Virus record (IMG/VR): IMGVR_UViG_3300021127_000003
Origin: an uncultured virus (IMG/VR IMGVR_UViG_3300021127_000003)
Lineage: Duplodnaviria; Heunggongvirae; Uroviricota; Caudoviricetes
DNA: 64,000 nucleotides
Strand: one strand, 5' to 3'
The stretch's first letter is position 1; each line of letters begins with the position of its first letter. The translations under genes and the position numbers were made by a program. Positions 29,218 through 38,830 of this stretch are shown here, piece by piece. Below the pieces are notes generated by a model that saw only the letters and a program-made list of their open reading frames with translations, had not been told where the DNA came from and did not search any database.

Positions 29218-29997
29218 ATGAGTTTACCAAGCACATATAAAAAAAATGTTAATTTGTATCATCCAAGACCAAATGTGGAATATCCGCAGTCTGAGTCTAT
29301 GGCAAGTTCTGCTGCTGATGATATGAAAAATTTAATTGTGGATAAAGATGTTTATCTACCTAAAGGTGTTCTTCATTTCGATTTAGACAAGGGTTTTAAG
29401 AACTTTGTTACTGAAAGTATGCAAACGGTCATTGATAACAAAAAAGTGCCTGTAATCATGCTTAGTTTGCAAAAATGGAATGAGTTTACACAAACATGGT
29501 CTTTGTTAGATGAATATAAAAATATTGAGATGCCGTTTATAACAATTGTTCGTAAACCAAATACACGTCCAGGAACAAATGCAAATCTTTTACACAATAT
29601 TCCAGGTAACAGAACATACACATACTCTGAAGTTCCTACTTGGGATGGTAACAGAAAAGGTGTTGATCTTTATAAAATCCCTATGCCAACACCAATTGAT
29701 ATAATTTATGAAGTTAGATTATTTTCTACAAGACAAGCTGATTTAAATGAATTTAACAAAATAGTAATGAAAGAATTCAGAAGCTTACAAGCATATACAA
29801 TGGTTAATGGGCATTATATCCCAATTCTACTGGAAGATGATTCAGATGAAAGTCAAGTTCAAGACTTAGACCAGAGAAGATTTTATGTCCATTTATACAA
29901 TTTTACACTACAAGGGTTCATTCTCGACCCAGCAGATTTCCAAGTGGTTCCAGCCATAAATAGAGTGATAATTCTTAAGGAAGGAAAAAACGGCTAA
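29218..29997 (+). CDS. Putative tail terminator/sheath stabiliser (gp15-like)
   Basis: MPFITIVR, P.PIDIIYEV, FTLQGFI; immediately upstream of the sheath gene. Confidence 0.6.
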   Translation: MSLPSTYKKNVNLYHPRPNVEYPQSESMASSAADDMKNLIVDKDVYLPKGVLHFDLDKGFKNFVTESMQTVIDNKKVPVIMLSLQKWNEFTQTWSLLDEYKNIEMPFITIVRKPNTRPGTNANLLHNIPGNRTYTYSEVPTWDGNRKGVDLYKIPMPTPIDIIYEVRLFSTRQADLNEFNKIVMKEFRSLQAYTMVNGHYIPILLEDDSDESQVQDLDQRRFYVHLYNFTLQGFILDPADFQVVPAINRVIILKEGKNG

Positions 29998-30088
29998 AAT
30001 ATAAATAATTCTCAAAAAGTAAAGTATTTTGGATTATTTTATAATATTTATCATTAAGATAATAATATAAAACGAAAAAAAGACAAAT

Positions 30089-33000
30089 ATGGCAAATATA
30101 GTTTATGCGTCACCTGGTGTTTACACTTCAGAGAAAGATTTAACATACAGCATTGAGACGATTGGTATAACGACTTTAGGTGCGGCTGGCGAAACCGTAA
30201 AAGGCCCAGCATTTCAGCCAATTCCTATTGCAAATTATGACCAATTTTCTAAGGTTTTTGGTGGAATTAATCCTGAAAAATTTAGAAATACCCAAATTGT
30301 TAAATATGAACTTTCATATATAGCAAAAAATTATTTGAGTCAATCAAACCAATTGTACGTAACTCGTATTCTTGGTTTATCTGGTTACGATAAAGGAGAT
30401 GCTTGGGCAATTAGAACGCTCGGTGCGGTTGATCAAACCACAATGGTACCTACAACAACATCTTATACTTTTGGTTTCTCAGGTACAACAACTGATACTG
30501 TTTATAATGTAACAGGAACATCAACATCAGTTCTTGCAAATATAGCAAGTTTGGTAGGTATTGACTCATCACTGATTGTGAATGCTTATAACAATTACTT
30601 TGCAAAATACACTACTGCTACAGGTACTACAGGTAACTATTGGAAGCACGATATAATGAAATGGGGTGTTAACCCTTCAGCAACAGTTACAACTGTAACA
30701 AATGCAGCTAAAACGACTGGTGGTAATACTTCTACGTATGTGAATAATGCACCATCTACTGTTGATTCTTATGTTTATCCATCAACTGTACCTTCAAGCG
30801 ATGAAGATGCTTACTTTATAAATGATACGTTTGTATACGATACTATGACTGAAACATATAGTGGTGTTTCATTCATAATGACAACAGACCATGTATATGA
30901 AAACGGTACATCAATCTTTGGTAAAGTTAAAATATACGTTACATCATATGCTGCTGATCCATATGCAGAATATCATAATATGTTGGTTTCTACAATTAGA
31001 GGAAAAGGTCTTTATGTGAATGATACATTAGACTTTTTAGTTAGTGGTTCAACTGTAGGATATGGTAGTATTGTTAGCGCTGAATCAAATCCTTATGCTG
31101 ACATTACAATAACAGGTAAAACTACAACAAGTACTACATTCACATATAATCTTTCTTTGGATGAAACAAAAAGAAATTATATCAAAAACGTACTTGGTGT
31201 TACAAATACCGATAAAACTACTGAAATGTATGTTGAAGAAACATATGATTCAACACTTGCAAAAGGTTGGTTAAATGGTAAAATAAAAGGACTTCATCCT
31301 GAATTGAAATATATCCCAGCTGGTGCAGGTGGTTGGAATAACTTTATGTTCCAATACCAAGCCCCTTCTACTCCGTTCTTTGTTTCCGAGTTAAGAGGTG
31401 GAAAAGCACAAAATCTATTCAGAGTGGTTTCTATATCTGATGGTAATCATGCAAATACTGAAATTAAGGTTTCTATTGCAAACGTAGATCTTGCTAAGGG
31501 TACATTTGACCTTTTGGTTAGATCGTTCTCTGATACTGATGCTGTGCCTGTTATATTCGAAAGATACTTGAATTGTACAATGGATGAAGCAAGTTCTAAC
31601 TTTATCGGAAGATTAGTTGGTACACTTGATAACAAATATACATTAAATAGTTCATATATCATAATTGATGTTGATCCAAACGCACCTTCTGATGCTGTTC
31701 CAGCTGGTTTCGAAGGTTATTCTTTCAGAACATATTCTGATGTGGCTATACCAGAAATTGCATACAAAACTAAGTATTATCAACCTGGTGATGTATGGCA
31801 AACTAATCCTTTGGGAACTACTTTGATATCTTCTGGAGATAAAGTTAGAAAAACTTACTTAGGTTTCAGTGACTATGATTATGGTTTTGACGCTGATATA
31901 ACATCATTCATTGGTGCTGAAAATATTGGTACAATTACATATAATACAGGTAACCCTTGGGGTGGTATGACAAAAGGTTTCCACCTTGACGTAAATGCTG
32001 ATACTTCTTTATATGCTGTTGGAGATGGACAATTCACTGACCCAGTACTTTTAGCTACAGATACAACTCAAACATATTACGATATCAAAACAAGAAAATT
32101 CACAGCGCTTATGTCTGGAGGATTTGATGGTTGGGATTTCTATAGAGATACAAGAACTAATGGTGATTTATACAGAATTGGACAATCAAGCTTTGTTAAT
32201 GGACATTTTGCTTCATTCACTAATGCTGAATATGACGAAACTTGGGGTTCTTCGGATTACTATGCTTACCTATATGGTTATAAAACATTCCAAAACCCAG
32301 AAAAAACTAATATAAATGTATTAGTAACTCCAGGTATTGATGTTGTAAATAACAATGAATTAGCACAAGAGGTAATAACAATAGTTGAAGAGAAAAGATT
32401 AGATTCAATCTATATCGCAACAATACCAGATATATCTGTATATAACAATACAAATCCAGCAGATACAACTCAATGGATGTTCCCTAATGATATCTCTGAT
32501 ATGATGGATAATTTGAACTTAGATTCAAACTATACAGCTCTTTTCTATCCTTGGTTACAAATAGCTGACGTTGAAAACAATGCTTACCTATGGTTACCAC
32601 CTACTCTTGAAGTAGTAAGAAACTTAGCTTATACCGATAACGTTGCATTCCCTTGGTTTGCTACCGCAGGTTATAATAGAGGTTTAGTTAACTGTAAAAG
32701 AACAAGAATTGTTCTTGACCAAGACGCAAGAGATATTCTTTATCCTTCAAGAGTTAACCCAATAGCAACCTTCTCTGATGTTGGTACAGTAATTTGGGGT
32801 AATAGAAACTTACAAGAAAGAGATTCAGCTCTTAACAGATTGAATATCAGAAGATTATTACTTCAAGCAAGAAAACTTATTATATCTGTTTCTAATAGAT
32901 TATTATTCGATCCAAATGACGATATTGTAAGAACACAATTCTTATCATTAGTTAATCCAATATTGGATAATATTAGAAAAGAAAGAGGTCTAAGTGATTT

Positions 33001-33142
33001 TAGAATCAAATTGGATCCAGCTTCTGATACAGATAGAAATACCTTAACAGGTAAAATATTCTTGAAACCAATTGATGCATTAGAGTTTATTGAACTTGAG
33101 TTTGATGTAACTCCAACAAGTGTTTCATTTGAAAATTTGTAA
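30089..33142 (+). CDS. Tail sheath protein
   Basis: SPGVYTSEKD N-terminus; GPAFQP; YPW, PWFATAGYNRG, VNPI, IWGNR, RLNIRRLL, LFDPND, P..ALEFIEL.F. Confidence 0.96.
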   Translation: MANIVYASPGVYTSEKDLTYSIETIGITTLGAAGETVKGPAFQPIPIANYDQFSKVFGGINPEKFRNTQIVKYELSYIAKNYLSQSNQLYVTRILGLSGYDKGDAWAIRTLGAVDQTTMVPTTTSYTFGFSGTTTDTVYNVTGTSTSVLANIASLVGIDSSLIVNAYNNYFAKYTTATGTTGNYWKHDIMKWGVNPSATVTTVTNAAKTTGGNTSTYVNNAPSTVDSYVYPSTVPSSDEDAYFINDTFVYDTMTETYSGVSFIMTTDHVYENGTSIFGKVKIYVTSYAADPYAEYHNMLVSTIRGKGLYVNDTLDFLVSGSTVGYGSIVSAESNPYADITITGKTTTSTTFTYNLSLDETKRNYIKNVLGVTNTDKTTEMYVEETYDSTLAKGWLNGKIKGLHPELKYIPAGAGGWNNFMFQYQAPSTPFFVSELRGGKAQNLFRVVSISDGNHANTEIKVSIANVDLAKGTFDLLVRSFSDTDAVPVIFERYLNCTMDEASSNFIGRLVGTLDNKYTLNSSYIIIDVDPNAPSDAVPAGFEGYSFRTYSDVAIPEIAYKTKYYQPGDVWQTNPLGTTLISSGDKVRKTYLGFSDYDYGFDADITSFIGAENIGTITYNTGNPWGGMTKGFHLDVNADTSLYAVGDGQFTDPVLLATDTTQTYYDIKTRKFTALMSGGFDGWDFYRDTRTNGDLYRIGQSSFVNGHFASFTNAEYDETWGSSDYYAYLYGYKTFQNPEKTNINVLVTPGIDVVNNNELAQEVITIVEEKRLDSIYIATIPDISVYNNTNPADTTQWMFPNDISDMMDNLNLDSNYTALFYPWLQIADVENNAYLWLPPTLEVVRNLAYTDNVAFPWFATAGYNRGLVNCKRTRIVLDQDARDILYPSRVNPIATFSDVGTVIWGNRNLQERDSALNRLNIRRLLLQARKLIISVSNRLLFDPNDDIVRTQFLSLVNPILDNIRKERGLSDFRIKLDPASDTDRNTLTGKIFLKPIDALEFIELEFDVTPTSVSFENL

Positions 33143-33148
33143 AAAAAT

Positions 33149-33263
33149 ATAAGGACCTAATATATATTAGGTCCTTATTATTATATTATATATTATATTA
33201 GGACCAGGTCCTTATTTATTATATTATATATATTATATATTGGTCCTATTATTATATAGGACC
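33149..33263. repeat. AT-rich palindrome cluster with six GGWCC motifs
   Basis: Perfect 30-bp palindrome ATAAGGACCTAATATATATTAGGTCCTTAT (33149-33178), GGACCaGGTCC (33201-33211) and GGTCCTAT-N6-ATAGGACC (33242-33263), separated by TA/TTA runs. Confidence 0.9.
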
Positions 33264-33404
33264 TATATAAAATTAGGAAAAGAAAATGATAAAAACAAGT
33301 TTTTTTAAAATTATTTTCAAATATTTTTAAATTGAATGCGTAGAAATCATCTTTTAAACTATTTATAAGTAAGAAAATAAAATTAAATTTTAAAAAAATA
33401 TATT

Positions 33405-33893
33405 ATGGCTAATTTGTTGATGAAAATGCCTGTTCCGTATGAACCAAAGAAAAAGAATAGGTTTATATTAAGATTTCCAAGTTCATTAGGAATTAATGAG
33501 TGGTTTATCAAAACGGCTTCAAGACCTAAAATTACAGTAGCAGAAACTGAAATTCCTTTTTTGAATACTTCAACTTGGGTTGCTGGTAGATTTGTATGGG
33601 AAACTATTACAGTTACTTTGAGAGATCCAATTGGTCCTTCAGCATCACAAGCTATCATGGAATGGATTCGTCTTTGTGCAGAATCTGTAACTGGTAGAAT
33701 GGGTTATGCGGCAGGTTACAAAAAAGACGTTGAATTAGAAATGCTGGATCCTACAGGAGTTGTTGTTGAAAAATGGATTTTACAAGGAGCATTTATAACT
33801 TCAGGTGATTTCAAAGATTTAGGTTATGATTCTAACGATCTTGCAGAGATTGACATAACCTTACGTTTTGATAGAGCTATATTAGTTTACTAA
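33405..33893 (+). CDS. Tail tube protein (T4 gp19-like)
   Basis: EPKKKNRF, RP.I, AGRFVWETITVTLRDP, WI, YKKD..L.MLDP.G.VVEKW.L.GAF, LRFD. Confidence 0.92.
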   Translation: MANLLMKMPVPYEPKKKNRFILRFPSSLGINEWFIKTASRPKITVAETEIPFLNTSTWVAGRFVWETITVTLRDPIGPSASQAIMEWIRLCAESVTGRMGYAAGYKKDVELEMLDPTGVVVEKWILQGAFITSGDFKDLGYDSNDLAEIDITLRFDRAILVY

Positions 33894-33914
33894 TATTTTA
33901 AATTTGAAATACTT

Positions 33915-33962
33915 AAAACCTTCAATTTATTCAATTATTTTTGGATATTTGAAGGTTTTTTA
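33915..33962 (+). terminator. Probable intrinsic terminator after tail tube
   Basis: AAAACCTTCAA...TTGAAGGTTTT inverted repeat followed by T-rich sequence. Confidence 0.65.
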
Positions 33963-34041
33963 TTTATTTTAAGAATTTCAATATTATAATTGTATTAGTA
34001 AGTATCATGATTAATTTCGTATAAATTAAAAAAAAATATAT

Positions 34042-34455
34042 ATGGAAATAATAATAGCTACAATATCAATCACACTTGGTGTGATATTCTTAGGTTTAAT
34101 GACTTGGGCAATTGTAAAGTTAACACGTAAGGTTTCAAAATTAGAAGTTTTGCGTAACGAAACTGAAAGTATAATTGACGGAATTTATCGTCATTTTGAT
34201 GATCAGGATCGAAATCATGGTGATAAAATAAAAGAGCTCAATACAGAGCTTGCAAGACAAATCGAAGATGTATTCAGGACTATTGAAGATAGATTCAATA
34301 ATACTGATAGAGACTTCGAAAATCGAGATAATTCTTTAGAAACAAAATTAAATGAAATATATCGTTTAATTGAAGATGAAAAGAAGGAACTTGAAAAACA
34401 ATTAGATAGACGTTTTGATACTGTTTATCGTAAAATGAACAAAAATAAAGACTAA
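34042..34455 (+). CDS. N-terminally membrane-anchored coiled-coil protein
   Basis: Hydrophobic residues 3-26 followed by a charged heptad-like region. Confidence 0.7.
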   Translation: MEIIIATISITLGVIFLGLMTWAIVKLTRKVSKLEVLRNETESIIDGIYRHFDDQDRNHGDKIKELNTELARQIEDVFRTIEDRFNNTDRDFENRDNSLETKLNEIYRLIEDEKKELEKQLDRRFDTVYRKMNKNKD

Positions 34456-34483
34456 AAATAATTGAAATTAGTCTTGGTACTTA

Positions 34484-34900
34484 CTACTTTTTTTCAATCA
34501 ATAAATTTTTACTATATTTTCCAACAAAGTTATTGATCTTCTCAGTTAACACTTTCTTGTCTTTCATTTCATGTTCCCATACAATTAATAGATTATAATC
34601 TTTATCAAATTTAACTATTTTACTTTTATATTGATCGTTTTTTATATTTTTTCTTTGAAAAGCATATTCTGGTTTAAATCCGTCTTCTTTACAACAATGA
34701 AAGAAACAACCATGGGTTTCAACCAATATATTGTGCTCTAACAGAAAAAAATCATATTCCCTATCCTTAAAGATATAATGTGTAATATATTTGATATTCA
34801 ATTCGTCTAATAATTGACTAAATTTAACCTCAAGTTTTGAGGTACCATTCATTTCTTTCATTTTTTTTCCAAAACTACTGATTTTTTTCTTTTTCTTCAT
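34484..34900 (-). CDS. Vsr/DUF559-like PD-(D/E)xK endonuclease
   Basis: TSKLE, YDFFL, LVETHGCFFH, NDQYK, LLIVWEHE. Confidence 0.8.
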   Translation of the reverse strand: MKKKKKISSFGKKMKEMNGTSKLEVKFSQLLDELNIKYITHYIFKDREYDFFLLEHNILVETHGCFFHCCKEDGFKPEYAFQRKNIKNDQYKSKIVKFDKDYNLLIVWEHEMKDKKVLTEKINNFVGKYSKNLLIEKK

Positions 34901-34941
34901 ATAAACTTTACTTTAATGTATATTATGTATATATTATATAT

Positions 34942-35274
34942 ATGTCAAAAAAAATCATTTATTTGATTAGATCAGGTGATAAATACAAAATCGGTGTATC
35001 AACGACAAAAAATATTAACAACAGAGTAAAAAATTTACAGACTGGTAATAGTGAAAAAGTTGAAATATTGAAAGTATTTGAATCTGAATATGCTAATTTG
35101 ATTGAAAAAACACTTCATAGAGAATTTATAACAAAAAAATTAATTGGGGAATGGTTTGAACTTTCTATTGATGAAGTATTGACTTTCGAACAAAGATGTG
35201 TTACTATTACTAATAACATAGAATTATTAAAAAAAGAAAATAACTACTATATATTAAAAAGACTAAAAATATGA
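34942..35274 (+). CDS. GIY-YIG nuclease (T5orf172/MUG113-like)
   Basis: IYLI..YKIGVS..RVKNLQTGN...IEKTLH..F......GEWF. Confidence 0.88.
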   Translation: MSKKIIYLIRSGDKYKIGVSTTKNINNRVKNLQTGNSEKVEILKVFESEYANLIEKTLHREFITKKLIGEWFELSIDEVLTFEQRCVTITNNIELLKKENNYYILKRLKI

Positions 35275-36032
35275 ATGATTTTCAACAAATTATCGAACCA
35301 GCACATGATGTAATTGCTTTACCTTCAGGTGGTTTATTTTACAAAAATAAAAAAGCTGCTGTAAAAGTTGCATATTTAACAGCATCGGATGAAAACCTTT
35401 TAACTTCACCAAATCTTATTCAATCTGGAAAAGTATTGGATATGTTATTGGATAAGAAAGTATTGGATAAAGATTTGAGACCTAAAGATATGCTTGCTTG
35501 TGACAGAAATGCTATCTTATTTTGGTTAAGAGCTACTGGGTATGGTGAAATGTATTCAGTTGAATTGGTAGACCCAAAAACCAAAGAAAATTTTGAAACA
35601 GAAGTTGACATCAGTACTTTTCAAGCTAAAGAAATTAGTGTTGAGCCAGACCAAAATGGTGAAATAACTTTCCAATTACCAAAAACTAAGAAAGTTATAA
35701 AATATAGATATTTAACATCTGATGAAGAAGATATTATTGCTAAAGAAGATGAAGCTAAGAGAAAAAAAATGGGTGTGAATGCTGTATCGGAACTTTTAAC
35801 AAAGAGATTGCAAGCTCAGGTTATGGAGATTGATGGTATTAGAGATAAACAACAAATAATTGAGTTTGTTAACAATATGATGCCAATTGAAGCTTCCCAA
35901 CTAAGAAAATTCATTGTTGACAATGAACCAGGACTTGATACACGTATCAATGTTGAAGCACCGAGTGGTGAGTTTTTTTTTGGTGAACTTCCCATCACAA
36001 CCAAGTTTCTTTGGCCCTACCTCAACGTATAA
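35271..36032 (+). CDS. Baseplate hub/tail assembly chaperone (T4 gp26-like)
   Basis: LPSGGLFY, LTASDE..L, DRNAILFWLR..GYG, F.LPKTK, PGLD...FLWP end. Confidence 0.75.
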   Translation: MNDFQQIIEPAHDVIALPSGGLFYKNKKAAVKVAYLTASDENLLTSPNLIQSGKVLDMLLDKKVLDKDLRPKDMLACDRNAILFWLRATGYGEMYSVELVDPKTKENFETEVDISTFQAKEISVEPDQNGEITFQLPKTKKVIKYRYLTSDEEDIIAKEDEAKRKKMGVNAVSELLTKRLQAQVMEIDGIRDKQQIIEFVNNMMPIEASQLRKFIVDNEPGLDTRINVEAPSGEFFFGELPITTKFLWPYLNV

Positions 36033-36039
36033 GTATGAT

Positions 36040-36201
36040 ATGATTTATGAGTTTTATCTTTTGATAAAACATGGTAGATTTTCATATTCAGATTTATTGA
36101 TAATGCCAGTTTATGAAAGAAAAATAATGTTAGATCATCTTATTACAGAAGCGGAAAAAAGACAAGAAAGAGCTGAACAAGCAAGTAAAAATACAAATTA
36201 A
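36040..36201 (+). CDS. Small tail/hub assembly protein (gp51-like); possibly also expressed by frameshift from the upstream gene
   Basis: FYLLIKHGRFSYSDLLIMPVYERKIMLDHL resembles gp51-like F.LM.H..YS..EIENMMPWER; frame open from 35914. Confidence 0.65.
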   Translation: MIYEFYLLIKHGRFSYSDLLIMPVYERKIMLDHLITEAEKRQERAEQASKNTN

Positions 36202-36232
36202 ACCAATTATAATATGTAATTGGTTTTTTTTA
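36201..36232 (+). terminator. Intrinsic terminator
   Basis: AACCAATTA-TAATATG-TAATTGGTT followed by a T run. Confidence 0.7.
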
Positions 36233-36264
36233 TTATAAACTATTTATAGAAAAGAAACGATTGT

Positions 36265-38829
36265 ATGGCTGACAATACAAATAATGATAAAAGTAATGAT
36301 ATTGTAAATTTATTACAAAAACTTGTTACACAGGGTGAAGCTAAAATGCCTAAATCAAAAGGTGGTGGTGGTAGCTATGGTGAGAGGGGTAAAATTAAGT
36401 TACCAGATTTAAGTACAGGTACTAATACATTAACAAGTCAGTTAAAAGGTAGTGCAGCTTCTTTTGGCGAGTCATTAAATAAAGTTACACTTGGTATTGG
36501 TCCAATTCTATTAGGAGGTATGAGAAGCGTTGCAATGGCAACTGGTGGTTTATTTAAAAGTACATTTACAGGTGTTGCAAAATTATTTTCAGGTGATATT
36601 TTGGGAGGTTTGAAAGACATATTCGGAGGTATTCTTGATGCGGCAAAAAATATTGTTGGCTCTATAGCTGGAATGGTTAATAGTATTCTTGGTAATTTAT
36701 GGTCTTTAGCTAAAAGTATATTATCTCAAGCTTTTGATAGATACATGGCCATGCAAAAAGCTGTTGGTAATATGGCAGCTGATATTGGTTTAACAAGGGC
36801 AGAATCCAAAGGTCTTCTGTTAAATATGACTGAACTTACTGATGTTGCTATAAAATATGGTGGTTCAATGGAAGATGTCACCAACATGATGCAAAATTTT
36901 AGTGATACTACAGGTAAAAATAAAATTTTTGATAAAGAAGATGTTGACTTGATTGAAAAAATAGGTAGGTCAACAGCGTTAGGTATAGATGGTGCTACAG
37001 AATTGGCTGCACAATTCAGTAATATTGGTGTCAGTATCAAAAAAGTTAATGATATAACAAATAAAGCAACAAATGAAGCGGCAAAACTTGGGTTAAATAG
37101 TAAAAAAGTTCTCGATAGTTATTCATCGTTAGTAAACGGATTGACAGGATTCGCTATGAAAAGTGGCCTTGAAAATATGACTAAATTAGCAACACAAGCT
37201 GTACAATTAAGAATGGATTTAACTGGTATTGCAGAAAAAATGTCGGATGCATTTTTTGATCCAGAGGGTGCTGTAGAAGCGGCAGCAAAAATGCAAGTAT
37301 TAGGTGGTTCATTTGCTGATAAATTTGGTGATGCATTCACGTTAATGTTTAAGGCACAAAATTCTCCAGATGAATTATTGAAAGACTTGATGGATATGAC
37401 TAAGGGTCTTGCAACTAAAAACGCACAAGGTATTTTCTATATTCCACCAGCACAAATGAAACTATTAAAAGAAGCTGCTGGAAATCTCGGAGTGGATTTT
37501 GAACAACTTAAAAATGGTGCGCTTGAACAAGCTAAATTAGCTGATAAGATGGGTGCGTTAACTAAAGCTGGTATGAGTGGTATGTTTTCTGATGAAGACA
37601 AACAAGCATTAGCTAATTTAGTAACATTTAATGATAAGGATAAACAATATTATATCAAAACATCTGATGGTGCAAACAAATTACTTACATCATTAACAAG
37701 CAAAGACGAATTCGAAAGCATTATTGAATCAAGAAAAAAGGATGAAAAAGCAGCACAAGATCGTTTGAATTTCATGGAAAGATTAAAAATACCTTTAGAA
37801 AGGATTTATAATTCATTCAGTCAGGTGTTTGCTGAAATTTTCAATAAACTTGAAGATAGCGGTTTCATAGACACAGTAAGTAAATTTACGGATGATTTTA
37901 TCAATTTTATTATACCGAAAATAAAGGATTTATTTGGGGATAGTGGAAGAATGGGTAAAATGTTAAATGATGTGATAGAAAAAGTAAAAAGTATTTCGAG
38001 TACATTAATTGATATATTTTCTGGTAAAGCTTCTTTTATGGATAAAATAAAAGAAGGTATTGTAGCATTACTTAAGGGTGTATGGGATTTAATTGCACCA
38101 TATCTTGAGCAAGCTATGGGTAATTTATTAATGTCAATTGGTAAAGCTACAGGTTTTGATAGTATAAGTAGAATGGGTGAAAAATTATTATTGGATGTTG
38201 ATAAAAATTATAAAAATAGAAAAGGTTTTGAAAATGTTGTAAACCCAGATGAAAAAAATAAATATCTTGGTGATATAAAAGAACATGAAGATGATTTATC
38301 AATAAAAAGTATTTGGGATACAATAAAAGGTGCAAAAACTGGTGCAATAATTGGTGGAGCTGCTGGTTTAGCTGTTGGTATTGGTGGAGCAATTCTTTCA
38401 GGCGGAGCTACAATAGGAACAATATTACCTCTTATGCAAGGTGGAGCTGCCGTAGGCGCTGGAATAGGCGGAGCTGTCGGTCTCGCAACATCAAAACCAG
38501 AACCAACTAATGATGCATTACCAGAACCAACTAATGATGCATTAATGACACCAGGAGGAAGAGTATTTAAAGGTGGAAAAGGTGATATTGGAGTCTTATT
38601 TGACCAAGCTGGATTAACAAATAATAGTGGTAATAGTTCTGGAGAAATAAAACATAGCGGAACAATAACCGTTAGATCTGAGGACGGTAAAGAAATAACA
38701 ATAAACGATTTAGAAAAGATTGGTAGATACACTTTGGGAACATACATAAACAGTATAACCGATGGGGTAAGTAAAGGTAACTCAGGATATAATAACCAAA
38801 AAATGCCAATCGCACCAATAGCAAGATAA
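36265..38829 (+). CDS. Tape measure protein
   Basis: 854 aa, helical A/G/L/K-rich with amphipathic repeats and a Gly-rich hydrophobic C-terminal stretch; canonical position after tube and chaperones. Confidence 0.8.
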   Translation: MADNTNNDKSNDIVNLLQKLVTQGEAKMPKSKGGGGSYGERGKIKLPDLSTGTNTLTSQLKGSAASFGESLNKVTLGIGPILLGGMRSVAMATGGLFKSTFTGVAKLFSGDILGGLKDIFGGILDAAKNIVGSIAGMVNSILGNLWSLAKSILSQAFDRYMAMQKAVGNMAADIGLTRAESKGLLLNMTELTDVAIKYGGSMEDVTNMMQNFSDTTGKNKIFDKEDVDLIEKIGRSTALGIDGATELAAQFSNIGVSIKKVNDITNKATNEAAKLGLNSKKVLDSYSSLVNGLTGFAMKSGLENMTKLATQAVQLRMDLTGIAEKMSDAFFDPEGAVEAAAKMQVLGGSFADKFGDAFTLMFKAQNSPDELLKDLMDMTKGLATKNAQGIFYIPPAQMKLLKEAAGNLGVDFEQLKNGALEQAKLADKMGALTKAGMSGMFSDEDKQALANLVTFNDKDKQYYIKTSDGANKLLTSLTSKDEFESIIESRKKDEKAAQDRLNFMERLKIPLERIYNSFSQVFAEIFNKLEDSGFIDTVSKFTDDFINFIIPKIKDLFGDSGRMGKMLNDVIEKVKSISSTLIDIFSGKASFMDKIKEGIVALLKGVWDLIAPYLEQAMGNLLMSIGKATGFDSISRMGEKLLLDVDKNYKNRKGFENVVNPDEKNKYLGDIKEHEDDLSIKSIWDTIKGAKTGAIIGGAAGLAVGIGGAILSGGATIGTILPLMQGGAAVGAGIGGAVGLATSKPEPTNDALPEPTNDALMTPGGRVFKGGKGDIGVLFDQAGLTNNSGNSSGEIKHSGTITVRSEDGKEITINDLEKIGRYTLGTYINSITDGVSKGNSGYNNQKMPIAPIAR
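38497..38544 (+). repeat. Perfect 24-bp tandem duplication in tape measure gene
   Basis: CCAGAACCAACTAATGATGCATTA x2 (PEPTNDAL x2). Confidence 0.95.
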
Positions 38830-38830
38830 T

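Noticed and set aside
33149..33263. Mini-CRISPR array
   Set aside because: Repeats are 5-8 bp inverted motifs in low-complexity TA sequence, not ~30-bp direct repeats with unique spacers; no cas genes
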